A stretch of DNA of 64,000 bases from Candidatus Eiseniibacteriota bacterium. GTDB taxonomy: Bacteria; Eisenbacteria; RBG-16-71-46; JABDJR01. The stretch spans positions 1,856,001 through 1,920,000 of the forward strand of contig CAWANH010000028.1 of the NCBI GenBank assembly GCA_963783375.1. Direction: 5' to 3'. This document shows positions 31,370-41,066 of this stretch, one piece after another (position 1 is the stretch's first letter; each line of letters opens with the position of its first letter). Position numbers and translations under genes: made by a program. The notes below the pieces were generated by a model. The model was not told the origin of the DNA. It ran no database searches and worked only from the letters and a program-made list of their open reading frames with translations.

Positions 31370-31823
31370 CGATGTTCTCCCTGCGTTCGGGTGAGGCGGT
31401 GAATGCAGTGGGGAGCGATTCGGGGCGGAACAGCCAGGTCAGGAACCCGGGATGGCCCGGGGACTGGGAGGCCGGTTCGACATTCCAGGGGCCCGGCTCC
31501 GGGGCGAACAGCCAGGCCCAGAATCCCCGGCGGGCGACGGGCTCCGGACCCGTCCCGGCGTTTCGGGGGCACAATTCCGGGGCGAAGAGCCAGGACCAGA
31601 ACCCGGGATCGCCGGCGGCCTTCGAACCCGGTTCATCGACCTGGGGAGGCGGTTCCGGGGACAAGAGCCAGGCGACAAGGCCGGGAGCCCGGGGTGAGGA
31701 GCCCGGGGACGGGGGCGCGGGCAGAGCTTCGGAAGCGGACACCCAGCCCAGGAACTCCTGAATCCGCCGGAAGGAGGACTCCCTTCCCGACGACCGGGGA
31801 TCGCTCGAAGGTGTGTTCCTCAA
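31356..31823 (-). CDS. Pro-rich protein with 4-5 copies of a G-F/L-x-x-W-L-F/L-x-P-E motif
   Basis: PGLVAWLLSPE, PGFWSWLFAPE, RGFWAWLFAPE, PGFLTWLFRPE and degenerate QEFLGWVSASE; overlaps the cytochrome start by 14 nt; TTG start is uncertain. Confidence 0.6.
   Translation of the reverse strand: MRNTPSSDPRSSGRESSFRRIQEFLGWVSASEALPAPPSPGSSPRAPGLVAWLLSPEPPPQVDEPGSKAAGDPGFWSWLFAPELCPRNAGTGPEPVARRGFWAWLFAPEPGPWNVEPASQSPGHPGFLTWLFRPESLPTAFTASPERRENIDGSS
31419..31760. repeat. Degenerate 78-bp period tandem repeat (coding)
   Basis: Trp codons (CCA on +) at 31434, 31512, 31590 and 31668 are exactly 78 bp apart; a fifth is at 31743. Confidence 0.75.
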
Positions 31824-32193
31824 TGCCGGCTCACCTCTCCGAAAACGGGTTCGACTATCGGGACAGCGAACGAACGACCGAACGAACTTCCGGGCAAAGC
31901 AAACCAGGAGTTCCAGATCCGGAATGACACCTTGGTTTCTAGCGGACCGGGGCGGTCGGGAAAAGCATACAATTTGGATATCTCAATACCCTTTTTTGCA
32001 CATGATAAAAACGATCTAATTTCTATTGTTGAACCCGAAACCCGGGGATGCCGCGGGAGCATCCGGAAAGTACCCGCCTTCAGGACCCAAAACGTCAGAT
32101 TCTGGTGGATCGTCTTTCGGGCAGTTGGTATGGGTAGTGACGATGAGTCCGCCGGGAATTCCGGCTGCATGGGTTCGTTGAACGGAGGTCGCA

Positions 32194-33966
32194 GTGAGCG
32201 ACGAGTTGGACCGGCTGTCCAGCGAGCTGGAGCGCCTGGGTCGCGCGATGCGGGATGTCGAGAACCGGTTGGCGGTCCTGGAAGCGCGGGGCTCTTCCCG
32301 CCCGTCTACCGACGCTCCTCCCCGGGAGCGGGAAGCGGGGATCGCCGGCGATCAGGTTTCCCCTGCGGATCCCGGACCGGGGATCCTCACCTCCGTGCTC
32401 ACTCTCTCCGGCCGGATGCTTCTGATCCTGGGGGGAGGTCTACTCCTTCGGGCTCTGACCGACGCCGGTCTCCTCAGCCAACCGATCGGCGTCGTCCTCG
32501 GACTGCTCTATGCGCTCACCTGGCTCGTATTCGCCGACCGGGCCGGGGCCCGCGGGTTCCCCCTGAGCGCCGCCTTCCATGCCCTCTCCACGGTGTTCAT
32601 CGCGTATCCGCTCCTCTGGGAGGCGACCACCAAGCTCGGGTACCTTTCCCCCCATCAGGCGGTGGGGCTCACGACCGCGTTCACCGGGGCGGGCCTCCTC
32701 GAGGCGTGGCGGCGTCGTCTGCGGAGCGTCGCCTGGGCGTTCACCCTGGCCTCGCTCTTTCTGGTCTTCGCGCTGATTCCCGCCACCCGCGCCCTGGCTC
32801 CGCTTACCGTGTTCACCCTGGCTCTGGGGCTGGCGACGGTATGGCTGGCCTACGAGCGCGACTGGAAGCTTGCCCGCTGGCCGGTCGCCCTGGCCGGCGA
32901 CGGCCTGGTTCTTCTGGCGGTGATGTGGGCCTCCCAGCCCGGCGGTCCCCCCGCCGCCTACCGTCCGCTCACGGCCGGAACCGCCCAGGCGCTGGCCCTG
33001 AGCCTCCCGGTCATCTTCCTGGGGAGCGCGGCGTTGCGTACTCTGGCCCGGAGGCGCGAGGTCAGCCTCTTCGAAGCGGTCCAGGGAGCGACCTCGCTCT
33101 TCCTGGGCTTCGGGGGCACGGTGCGGGTGGCCCGCGCCACCGGCGGGGATGAGACGGTGATCGCGCTCATCGCCATGGGCGCGGCGGCGGTCTGCTACAT
33201 CCTGGCCTTCACCTTCGTGGACCGGGCTTCCGCCACCCGGCGGAATTTCTATTTCTACGGATGGCTCGCCCTGTCTCTGGTCCTGCTCGGAAGCGGTGCC
33301 ATGGCCCGGGGCATCTTGCTGCCCGTCCTCTGGGGCGGATTGGCCGTCGCCGCCGCGACGGTGGGAACCCGGTACGACCGGTTCACCCTCCGGGTTCACA
33401 GTGCGGTCTATGCCATCATGGCGGCCATTCAGGGCGGTCTTCTCAAGGGCGCGGTGGGGGCCTTCGCCGTCCCCGCCGTCAAGGGTTGGAGCGTCCTCCC
33501 TCCCTCTGCGTTCATCGTCCTGGGAGCGGCGGCGGTGTCCTTCACGGTCCTGGCATCGAACCAGCACGCCGCGGATCTCCACTGGCATCGGCGCCTGCCG
33601 CGCTTCGTGGTGGGGACGGTTCTGGTCGTGGGTCTGGGCACCCTGGTGGTGACGGGCGCGGTGTCGGTGGCCCTCGGGGGATCGCCCGCCTCCGACCCCG
33701 CCGTCCTGGCGGTGATCCGGACCGCGGTGCTGGCCCTGGCCGCGGTGGCCCTGGCCTTCGGCGTGCCCCGCATCCGCCTGTTCGAGATGACCTGGCTCGT
33801 GCTCCCCCTCATCGTTCTGGGGGGAATCAAGTTTCTGGTCGAGGATCTCCCTCACGGTCGCCCGGTCACCTTGTTCCTCGGCCTGGCCTGCTACGGCACC
33901 GCGCTCATCGGGGCCTCGCGGGTGCTCCGGACCCGGCGCCTTCCCCGGGCGGCCCCGCCTCTCTGA
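32194..33966 (+). CDS. Polytopic membrane protein (DUF2339-like)
   Basis: N-terminal coiled coil (ENRLAVLE), many TM segments, 'LGGIKFLVEDL' near the end. Confidence 0.65.
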   Translation: MSDELDRLSSELERLGRAMRDVENRLAVLEARGSSRPSTDAPPREREAGIAGDQVSPADPGPGILTSVLTLSGRMLLILGGGLLLRALTDAGLLSQPIGVVLGLLYALTWLVFADRAGARGFPLSAAFHALSTVFIAYPLLWEATTKLGYLSPHQAVGLTTAFTGAGLLEAWRRRLRSVAWAFTLASLFLVFALIPATRALAPLTVFTLALGLATVWLAYERDWKLARWPVALAGDGLVLLAVMWASQPGGPPAAYRPLTAGTAQALALSLPVIFLGSAALRTLARRREVSLFEAVQGATSLFLGFGGTVRVARATGGDETVIALIAMGAAAVCYILAFTFVDRASATRRNFYFYGWLALSLVLLGSGAMARGILLPVLWGGLAVAAATVGTRYDRFTLRVHSAVYAIMAAIQGGLLKGAVGAFAVPAVKGWSVLPPSAFIVLGAAAVSFTVLASNQHAADLHWHRRLPRFVVGTVLVVGLGTLVVTGAVSVALGGSPASDPAVLAVIRTAVLALAAVALAFGVPRIRLFEMTWLVLPLIVLGGIKFLVEDLPHGRPVTLFLGLACYGTALIGASRVLRTRRLPRAAPPL

Positions 33967-34195
33967 GCGCCCGGCCCGACCGCCGGCCGGAGCCTCGGGT
34001 TTCCCCGCGTTGCGAATCCCGGTGTCATCCCGCACAATCTCTCCCCGAGCGGGGCCGGCCGTCTCGTCACGACCTCACCGATCGGGCCCCAGGACAACTT
34101 GATATTCATATTCGCGGGAGGAGTTCGAAGCGGTGCCGGATCGCCAAGGTCGCTCGCTGGCCGAGGGGTGGAGGGGTATCCACCCGATCCACTCG

Positions 34196-34867
34196 ATGGA
34201 ATACGTGAGGGCGCTGGAACGATGGTCGGGGATCGCGCCCCGGCCGGACCGCGAGAACCGGGAGCGCCGCGAGGGAATCCCCATCTTCCAGAGCCCCTGG
34301 TTGGACCTGGCCCTGACCAAGGCCCATCCGACGCTCCCCTGGGTGTGGTCGGTTCCCATCGTCGCTCTCGGACTGTACCGGGGGCTCTTCGTGGCGGACA
34401 CCGGTATCGAGGGGACCCTGGGGCTCTTCCTTGGCGGCATTGCCCTGTGGACCCTGATCGAGTATCTCCTGCATCGCTTTCTCTTTCATTTCCAGCCCCC
34501 GGGAAAGCGGTTCCGGTCCTTCTTCTTCCTGGCCCACGGCTACCACCACGAGTTCCCCAACGACCACCTGCGGCTGGTGGCCCCGCCCCTCATGTTCTGG
34601 ACCCTGGCCCTCGCCTTCGGCCTCCTCTATTACCTGGTGTTCGGGGGGAGGGTCTGGGCCCAGATCTTCTCGGGGACCGTCGCCGGCTACCTCGCCTACG
34701 ACTGCATCCACTACTACTCCCACCATGCCGCCCCACGCAACGGATTGGGTAAGTGGTTGCGCCGCTATCACTTGTTGCACCATTTCCAGGGCACCGGGGA
34801 TCGATTCGGGATCTCGAGCCCGCTCTGGGACCTGGTCTTCCGGACCTACCGGGCCCCCGAGAAGTGA
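34196..34867 (+). CDS. Fatty acid hydroxylase / sterol desaturase family (FA2H-like)
   Basis: His boxes EYLLHRFLFH, HGYHH, HYYSHH, YHLLHH; 'FGISSPLWDLVFRT'. Confidence 0.88.
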   Translation: MEYVRALERWSGIAPRPDRENRERREGIPIFQSPWLDLALTKAHPTLPWVWSVPIVALGLYRGLFVADTGIEGTLGLFLGGIALWTLIEYLLHRFLFHFQPPGKRFRSFFFLAHGYHHEFPNDHLRLVAPPLMFWTLALAFGLLYYLVFGGRVWAQIFSGTVAGYLAYDCIHYYSHHAAPRNGLGKWLRRYHLLHHFQGTGDRFGISSPLWDLVFRTYRAPEK

Positions 34868-35085
34868 GCCTGCGGCCCCGTCGCCGGCCGGTCTTCACCG
34901 TATCCAACCTGTTGGAAGCTCGATAGTTGGAAGAAAAAGTATAGTTTTTGTTGCTTTTACATGATTCCAGTCTAAACTCTCTTCACTTCGATCCTTCCCA
35001 GGTCTTGGCCTAGAGAGCAACCATCATCTGCCCTTCGCGTCGGTTTCTCCCACCGATCGGGTTGGCGCCCCAGGAGACTCCGACC

Positions 35086-35700
35086 ATGCGCATCTATCGA
35101 ATCCTCTCCGTCCTGGTTCTTGGGCTCCTCTGGCTGGGGACGCATCCTTCGGTTTCCCCCGCCGCGCCCCCCCAGCCCACCTTCGGCACCGCGGTGGTCG
35201 ACGGGGATCCGGGGGAGTGGAACCTCGCCACCGACTTCTTCGCCGACATGCACCGAGCCGGAAAGCCGGGCAAGCCGCTGGAGTCGAAGCTCTACCTCCG
35301 CTACGACTGTTACACGGGGACCCTGTTCGCGCTCATCCTCACCGAGCAGGGGGTGGTGGGCTACATCGACACCTCCGCGGTGACCGGCTGGATCGCCATC
35401 GACAGCCAGAACAACAAGGTGGTGAACGAGGTGGCGGGGAACGACGGCACCCCCCCCGATTTCGCGTGGATCGACCAGGGCTTCGACGCCGACTCGACCC
35501 ACGTCCACGGGTACGAGGCCTCGTTCCACCTGGCCGAGGGCACCTACGTGATCATCGGCCACGTCGACGTCTACGACGGCGGGGCACAGACCTCGGCCAC
35601 CGATGGGTTTCCCGGGAGCGGCGCGGACCTGGTGCTGGATTGCGGAAACGTGCCCACCGAGCCCACGACATGGTCGCGGATGAAGCAGCTCTATCGCTGA
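35086..35700 (+). CDS. Secreted hypothetical protein with C-terminal VPTEPTTWSRMKQLYR tail
   Basis: Signal peptide, 'VDGDPGEW' DOMON/CBM9-like start, RBS AGGAG. Confidence 0.75.
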   Translation: MRIYRILSVLVLGLLWLGTHPSVSPAAPPQPTFGTAVVDGDPGEWNLATDFFADMHRAGKPGKPLESKLYLRYDCYTGTLFALILTEQGVVGYIDTSAVTGWIAIDSQNNKVVNEVAGNDGTPPDFAWIDQGFDADSTHVHGYEASFHLAEGTYVIIGHVDVYDGGAQTSATDGFPGSGADLVLDCGNVPTEPTTWSRMKQLYR

Positions 35701-36058
35701 ACCGGATCGCTGAGCCGCGGCTCGCGCGGTTCGGTCCCCGATTGTTTTCGGGAGGGCCCGGAGTCTCTGTGCTCCGGGCCCTTTCCGTATCCGGCGGATC
35801 CGGCCGGACCCCGGGGGGGAAGACGGTCCGGGCGCGCCCCGAATCCGACTGAATCGATCGGGTTTACGCGATCCCCGGGGCGACTCGGACCTTCCTCGCC
35901 CGTGTTCCGCCGACTTGTGCGAAAATACCCCGTCACTCGACCAGCGCTCGCCCACGACCGGGCTCGGCCAGAACCGGTTCCCCGGGCGGGCGACACGACT
36001 TCGAACGGCCGGACCCGGGCGGTCCGGCTTCCACGGCGCGGCGGGCGCGGGAGAAACC

Positions 36059-37222
36059 ATGATCAACGAACTCTATACGAAGGAGCAGGTGGAACTCAGG
36101 GAACGGGCCCGGCATCTGGCCGAGACGGTGATGCGACCGGTGGCGGCCAAACACGACGTCGAGCAGACCTATCCCTGGGAGGTGCAAAAGGAGATCGCGG
36201 CGGCCGGTTTTTCCGGCACCTGGATTCCCAAGGAGTTCGGCGGCGCTGGGGGTGGGGTGCTCGATCTCTGCCTCGTGGTGGAGGAATTCTCCCGGGCCTG
36301 CGGCGGCATGGGCGTGGGCTACGCGGTGAACGCCCTCGGTTCCTTCCCCATCCTGGTCGGAGGGACCGAGGAACAGAAGAAGCGTTGGCTGCCGGGGATC
36401 GCCGCGGGCGAGAAGCTCATCGCCTTCGGACTCTCGGAAAAGGAATCGGGGTCCGACGCGGGCTCGATGAAGACCACCGCGGTTCGCGAGGGCGATGAGT
36501 TCGTCCTGAACGGCGAGAAGAAGTGGAACACCGGCGGAGCGGTGGCTTCCTACAACACGGTCTTCGCGGTGACCCAGCCGGGGCGTGGCGCGCGGGGGAT
36601 CTCCGCGCTGGTGGTGGGGGCGGACACCCCCGGCTACCGGGTGGGGAAGCACGAGGACAAGATGGGGATCCGCTGCGTTCCGGTGAACGAGATCCACTTC
36701 GAGGACTGCCGGGTGCCGGCGGAGAACCTCCTGGGCGGGGTCGAGGGACAGGGGTTCAAGCAGGCGATGAAGACCCTGGACCGGGCGCGGCCGGGAGTGG
36801 CCGCCCAGGCCGTGGGTCTGGCCCAGGGGGCGTTGGACCTGGCCATCGAGTACACCGGGAAGCGCCAGCAGTTCGGCCAGTCCGTCAGCTCCTTCCAGGG
36901 CATCCAGTGGATGCTCTCGGACATGGCCACCCAGATCGAGGCCGCACGCATGCTGGTCCACACCGCGGCCCGGACCATCGACTCGGGCAGCGCGAACATC
37001 ACCAGGATCTCGGCCATGTGCAAGCTCATGGCCACCGACACCGCGATGAAGGTGACCACCGACGCGGTCCAGCTCTTCGGCGGGTACGGCTACTGCAAGG
37101 ACTACCCGATCGAGAAGTACATGCGCGACGCCAAGATCACCCAGATCTACGAGGGCACGAACCAGATCCAGCGGTTGGTGATCGCGCGGAGCCTGCTCCG
37201 GGAGGCGGCGGCGGCCCACTAG
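36059..37222 (+). CDS. Short-chain acyl-CoA (butyryl-CoA-like) dehydrogenase
   Basis: FGLSEKESGSD, LNGEKKW, KMGIR, RQQFGQ, GGYGYCKDYPIEKYMRDAKITQIYEGTNQIQR. Confidence 0.93.
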   Translation: MINELYTKEQVELRERARHLAETVMRPVAAKHDVEQTYPWEVQKEIAAAGFSGTWIPKEFGGAGGGVLDLCLVVEEFSRACGGMGVGYAVNALGSFPILVGGTEEQKKRWLPGIAAGEKLIAFGLSEKESGSDAGSMKTTAVREGDEFVLNGEKKWNTGGAVASYNTVFAVTQPGRGARGISALVVGADTPGYRVGKHEDKMGIRCVPVNEIHFEDCRVPAENLLGGVEGQGFKQAMKTLDRARPGVAAQAVGLAQGALDLAIEYTGKRQQFGQSVSSFQGIQWMLSDMATQIEAARMLVHTAARTIDSGSANITRISAMCKLMATDTAMKVTTDAVQLFGGYGYCKDYPIEKYMRDAKITQIYEGTNQIQRLVIARSLLREAAAAH

Positions 37223-37443
37223 CCCGCCCACGGGGGAATCATCCGGAACGGTGGTTTTCCGATCCCCGGGCCGGTCGGATGTTCGATCCGCATTTTCGAG
37301 GAGGGGCGGCGCTCGCCGCCGCCCCTCCCACTCGATTATGCTGGTGAGGTCCCCTCCGTCGCGCCGAAGCACCGGGCCCGGCCAGATCCGGTTTTTCGAC
37401 CGGCGGCCAGTCGTTCGTACCCCGAACCGGATCGAGAGTCGCC

Positions 37444-40400
37444 ATGCAGCCCGGCACCCGTCAGGGTTCCTACACCGTTCTCGGCAAGCTCGGCGAGGGG
37501 GGGATGGGGGAGGTCTACCTTGCCCGGGATGATCGCCTGGGCCGCGAGGTCGCCCTCAAGCTCCTCCCCCGCGAGTTCGTGCGGGATCCTCATCGCCTCG
37601 CCCTCTTCCGCCGCGAGGCCCTCACCCTGGCCGCCCTCAATCACCCCCAGATCGCGGTGATCCACGGCCTGGAAGAGCCGGAGCCGGGGACCCTCTTCCT
37701 CGTCCTGGAGCGGGTGGAGGGGGAGTCGCTCGCCCAGCGCCTGGCCCGCGGCGCCCTGCCGCCGGCCGAGGCCCTGGCGGTGGCGGCCAAGGTGGCCGAG
37801 GCCCTCGAGGCCGCCCATGAGCGGGGGGTGATTCACCGCGACCTGAAGCCGGGGAACATCATGCTGGGCCCCCGGGGGGTGGTGAAGGTGCTGGACTTCG
37901 GCCTGGCCCGCCCGGTGGACCCCCGGGCGCGGGCGGGTGGGGACGCGGTCGGCGCCGGTCGGTCATCGCCGGACACCGCCGGAGGCGGCCCCGCGCTCGA
38001 TCCCGACGCGCCCACCCTGGTTCCCGGCGAGCCCGCGTCGAGCCCGGACGCGCCCACCCTGGTTCCCGGCGAGCCCGCGTCGAGCCCGGACGCGCCCACC
38101 CTGGCGGGGGGTGGCGCGGGGGCCGGCCCCGACGCCCTCACCTTGCCCGGCCCTCCCGCACCGGATGCCGAGGCCCCCGCTTCCGCCGGCGGGGAGGCTC
38201 CGGCGGGCGATGCGGTCACCCTGCCGTCCTCCGGGGGTGAGGGAGCGTCGACGCCCCCGTCCTCCGTCCCTTCCAGCCTGGAGGAATTTGCCTCCAACCC
38301 GCTCGACGACGACCAGGTGGTGGGGACGCCGGGGTACATGAGCCCGGAGCAGATCCGCGCCGAGCCCCAGGACGAACGGACCGACGTCTTCGCCTTCGGA
38401 TGCGTGCTCTACGAGTGCCTGACCGGCAAGCGCCCGTTCCCCGGGCGGAGCCTCGGGGAGGTGTTCACCGCCACCCTGGAGCGGACGCCGGACGCCTCAC
38501 TCCTCCCCGCCGCCGTCCCGCCCCGCGTCCGGAAACTGGTGGAGCACTGCCTCGAGAAGCGCACGGCCGATCGACCGGCGGCGATCCGGGAAGCGCGGCT
38601 GGTTCTCGAGGACGTTCTGGGAATCCGGCGGGCATCGGCGCTCCGGAGCGGCGAGGCGCAGGCCGAGGTCCCGAACAACCTTCCCGGAACGGGGTCGAGC
38701 TTCGTGGGGCGGGAGCGGGAGCTCGCCGCGTGCCGGGAGATGATCGGGGCCACCCGGCTTCTCACCCTCACCGGGGTGCCGGGGAGCGGAAAGACCCGGG
38801 TCGCGCTGCAGCTGGCCTCGCTCTCTCTCGCCGAGTACCCGGACGGGGTGTGGTTCGTCGATCTGGGCCCGGTCACCGAACCCGAACGGGCGATCCTGAC
38901 CCTGGGCCTGGCCATGGGGCTCCGCGAGGAGTCCGGGAAGTCCCTCTCCGAGAGCCTCACCCAGCAGCTCGCCGGGCGCCGGGTGCTGGTGGTGCTCGAC
39001 ACCTGCGAGCACCTGCTCGCCGCCGCCGCCGACCTTGCCGGCCGGATCATCGCCGCGTCCCCGGAGACGCGGGTGATCGCCACCAGCCGCGAGGTTCTGG
39101 GAGTGCCCGGGGAGAGGCCCTTCGTGGTTCCCACCCTGGCCGTCCCCCCCGCCTCGCCGACGGACAGCGCGGCCGGGGTGGGCGGGTTCGAGGCGGTGCG
39201 GCTCTTCGTGGAGCGGGCGGAGCTGGTCCGCCCCGGGTTCGTACTCGACGACGCAAACGCCCACCCGGTGGCCGAGATCTGTCGCCGTCTGGACGGGATT
39301 CCCCTGGCCATCGAACTCGCCGCCGCCCGGGTCCGGGTGCTGGGGGTGGAGGACATCCAGGCACGACTCGACGACCGGTTCCGTCTCCTCACCGGCGGCG
39401 GGCGCGGGGCGGCGGCGCGGCAGCAGACCCTCCGCGCGGCCATCCAGTGGAGCTACGACCAGCTCGCTCCCCTCGAGCAGCAGTTCTTCCGGGCGATGTC
39501 GGTCTTTTCGGGGGGTTGGAACCTGGAAGCGGCCACCGCGACGTGGGAGGAGAACGCCGACGAGTTCGAGGTGCTGGACCTCATGACCCGTCTGGTGGAG
39601 AAGTCCCTGGCCGGGGTCGAGAAGGGGGCGGACGGAGCCAACCGCTTCCGCTACCTGGAGACCGTGCGCCAGTACGCGGCGGAGATCCTCGCCCCGACGG
39701 AGGAGAACGCCCCGGTCCGAAACCGCCACCTCGACCACTACCTGGCCCTCGCCGAAACCGGGGAGAAGGAGCTGGTGGGGAAGAACCAGAAGACCTGGTT
39801 CACCCGCCTCGACCCCGAGCACCTGAATTTCCTGGCCGCCCTGGCCTGGGCGGAGGGCGAGGGGAGCGAGCCGGTCCGGGCGCTCCGACTCGCCGGGGCG
39901 GCCGCCCGGTTCTGGTCGGCGCGCGGCCAGTACGAGCTGGGCCGGCGCGCCCTGGCCGACGCCCTGGCCGGCGAGGGCACCGCCGGGCCGATTCCGGAAC
40001 GCGCGAAGGCGCTGGTGAGGTTGGGCGGCATGGCGCTCTATCGCGGGGATTATGAGGGCGCGACCGAACCGATTCGGGAGAGCCTGGAGGTGTACCGGGC
40101 GCTCGGCGACGTGAACGGAGCCACCCGGGCTCTGAGCGGGCTGGCCACCGTGGCCACCTATCAGGGGGACTACGCCGCCGCGCGGGGCCACAACCAGGAA
40201 GCGCTGGCCGCCTACCGCGCCCAGGGAAACGATCGCGGCGCGGCGGTGACCCTGCACAACCTGGGCTTTCTCTCCCTGTGCGAGGGGGACCCCGCCTCCG
40301 CCGTCGACTTCTACACCCAGGCGCTCGCCCTGCTTCGAACGACCGGAGATCTGAAGCAGGTGGCCCTCACCCTGGCCGACCTCGCCGTGGCCTCGGTCCG

Positions 40401-40755
40401 CCTGGAACAGGACGAGACCGCCGCCGCCCAGGCTCTGGCCAGCCTGGCCATCGTCCAGGAACTGGCCTCGGCGCGGGAAGGCGCCTACGCCCTGGAAGGG
40501 ACCGCGGAGCTGGCGGTGATGAGGGGGGATGCGGTTCGGGGGGCGCGGTTTCTGGGAGCGGCGCGGCGACTGCGGGAGGAGACCGGCGCCGCCCTCTCCC
40601 CGGCGGAGGAACGCCAGCAATCCGTTCTCCTGGAGCGAATGAGGGGCATTTCCGGGGAGGCGGGCCTCGATGCCGGATTGGCCGAGGGGGCGGCCCTGAG
40701 GCTCGACGCCGCGGTGGCCGAGGCTACGGACTTTCTGCAGGCTTCCGGGGGCTGA
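37444..40755 (+). CDS. Ser/Thr protein kinase - STAND/NB-ARC ATPase - TPR protein (PknK-like)
   Basis: GEGGMGEVY, VALK, HRDLKPGN, DFG, GTPGYMSPE; SFVGRERE, GVPGSGKT, LDTCEH, LDGIPLAIELAAAR; TPR-like helices. Confidence 0.9.
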   Translation: MQPGTRQGSYTVLGKLGEGGMGEVYLARDDRLGREVALKLLPREFVRDPHRLALFRREALTLAALNHPQIAVIHGLEEPEPGTLFLVLERVEGESLAQRLARGALPPAEALAVAAKVAEALEAAHERGVIHRDLKPGNIMLGPRGVVKVLDFGLARPVDPRARAGGDAVGAGRSSPDTAGGGPALDPDAPTLVPGEPASSPDAPTLVPGEPASSPDAPTLAGGGAGAGPDALTLPGPPAPDAEAPASAGGEAPAGDAVTLPSSGGEGASTPPSSVPSSLEEFASNPLDDDQVVGTPGYMSPEQIRAEPQDERTDVFAFGCVLYECLTGKRPFPGRSLGEVFTATLERTPDASLLPAAVPPRVRKLVEHCLEKRTADRPAAIREARLVLEDVLGIRRASALRSGEAQAEVPNNLPGTGSSFVGRERELAACREMIGATRLLTLTGVPGSGKTRVALQLASLSLAEYPDGVWFVDLGPVTEPERAILTLGLAMGLREESGKSLSESLTQQLAGRRVLVVLDTCEHLLAAAADLAGRIIAASPETRVIATSREVLGVPGERPFVVPTLAVPPASPTDSAAGVGGFEAVRLFVERAELVRPGFVLDDANAHPVAEICRRLDGIPLAIELAAARVRVLGVEDIQARLDDRFRLLTGGGRGAAARQQTLRAAIQWSYDQLAPLEQQFFRAMSVFSGGWNLEAATATWEENADEFEVLDLMTRLVEKSLAGVEKGADGANRFRYLETVRQYAAEILAPTEENAPVRNRHLDHYLALAETGEKELVGKNQKTWFTRLDPEHLNFLAALAWAEGEGSEPVRALRLAGAAARFWSARGQYELGRRALADALAGEGTAGPIPERAKALVRLGGMALYRGDYEGATEPIRESLEVYRALGDVNGATRALSGLATVATYQGDYAAARGHNQEALAAYRAQGNDRGAAVTLHNLGFLSLCEGDPASAVDFYTQALALLRTTGDLKQVALTLADLAVASVRLEQDETAAAQALASLAIVQELASAREGAYALEGTAELAVMRGDAVRGARFLGAARRLREETGAALSPAEERQQSVLLERMRGISGEAGLDAGLAEGAALRLDAAVAEATDFLQASGG
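38002..38104 (+). repeat. 42-bp tandem repeat (about 2.5 copies) inside the kinase activation loop
   Basis: CC(C/G)GACGCGCCCACCCTGGTTCCCGGCGAGCCCGCGTCGAGC encodes PDAPTLVPGEPASS twice, then PDAPTL. Confidence 0.9.
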
Positions 40756-41066
40756 CCCGGACATTCACCCCCGCCGCTTCCGGAAGACAGGTCCCCGACC
40801 CCGGGAACTCAAGTTTGGATGCAATCAGCTGAGATTCAGGGGTTGCATTCCACGCCTTCCAAGCGTACAATTTAAATCTCAATTCCCCCGCATTCCAGGA
40901 GCTCGGAAAGCGGTTCGTACAAGACGCTGAAGAACCTGCGTGATCGACTCCCCCCCGATCCCGTCGAGCTTTCCGTGTGTACACAGCACAGAGATCTTCC
41001 AGAATCGCCCGGCAAGAGGGTTGTCGGCGATGGGCGGAAGCACGCATCACGATGATGAGGAACTCC

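Noticed and set aside
31419-31760. CRISPR-like repeat-spacer array (conserved ~30 bp plus variable ~48 bp)
   Set aside because: Repeats are degenerate in a codon-wise manner, the period is a multiple of 3 within an open frame, and no cas genes are present. A protein repeat explains it better.
31950-32040. FNR or Rex box in the AT-rich divergent promoter region
   Set aside because: No convincing match to TTGAT-N4-ATCAA or TTGTGAA-N4-TTCACAA by eye; likely regulatory but unassignable.
40816-40852. Sigma54 promoter upstream of the paired surface proteins
   Set aside because: TTGCA is present but the GG-N10-GC spacing is not met; kept only as an imperfect inverted repeat.
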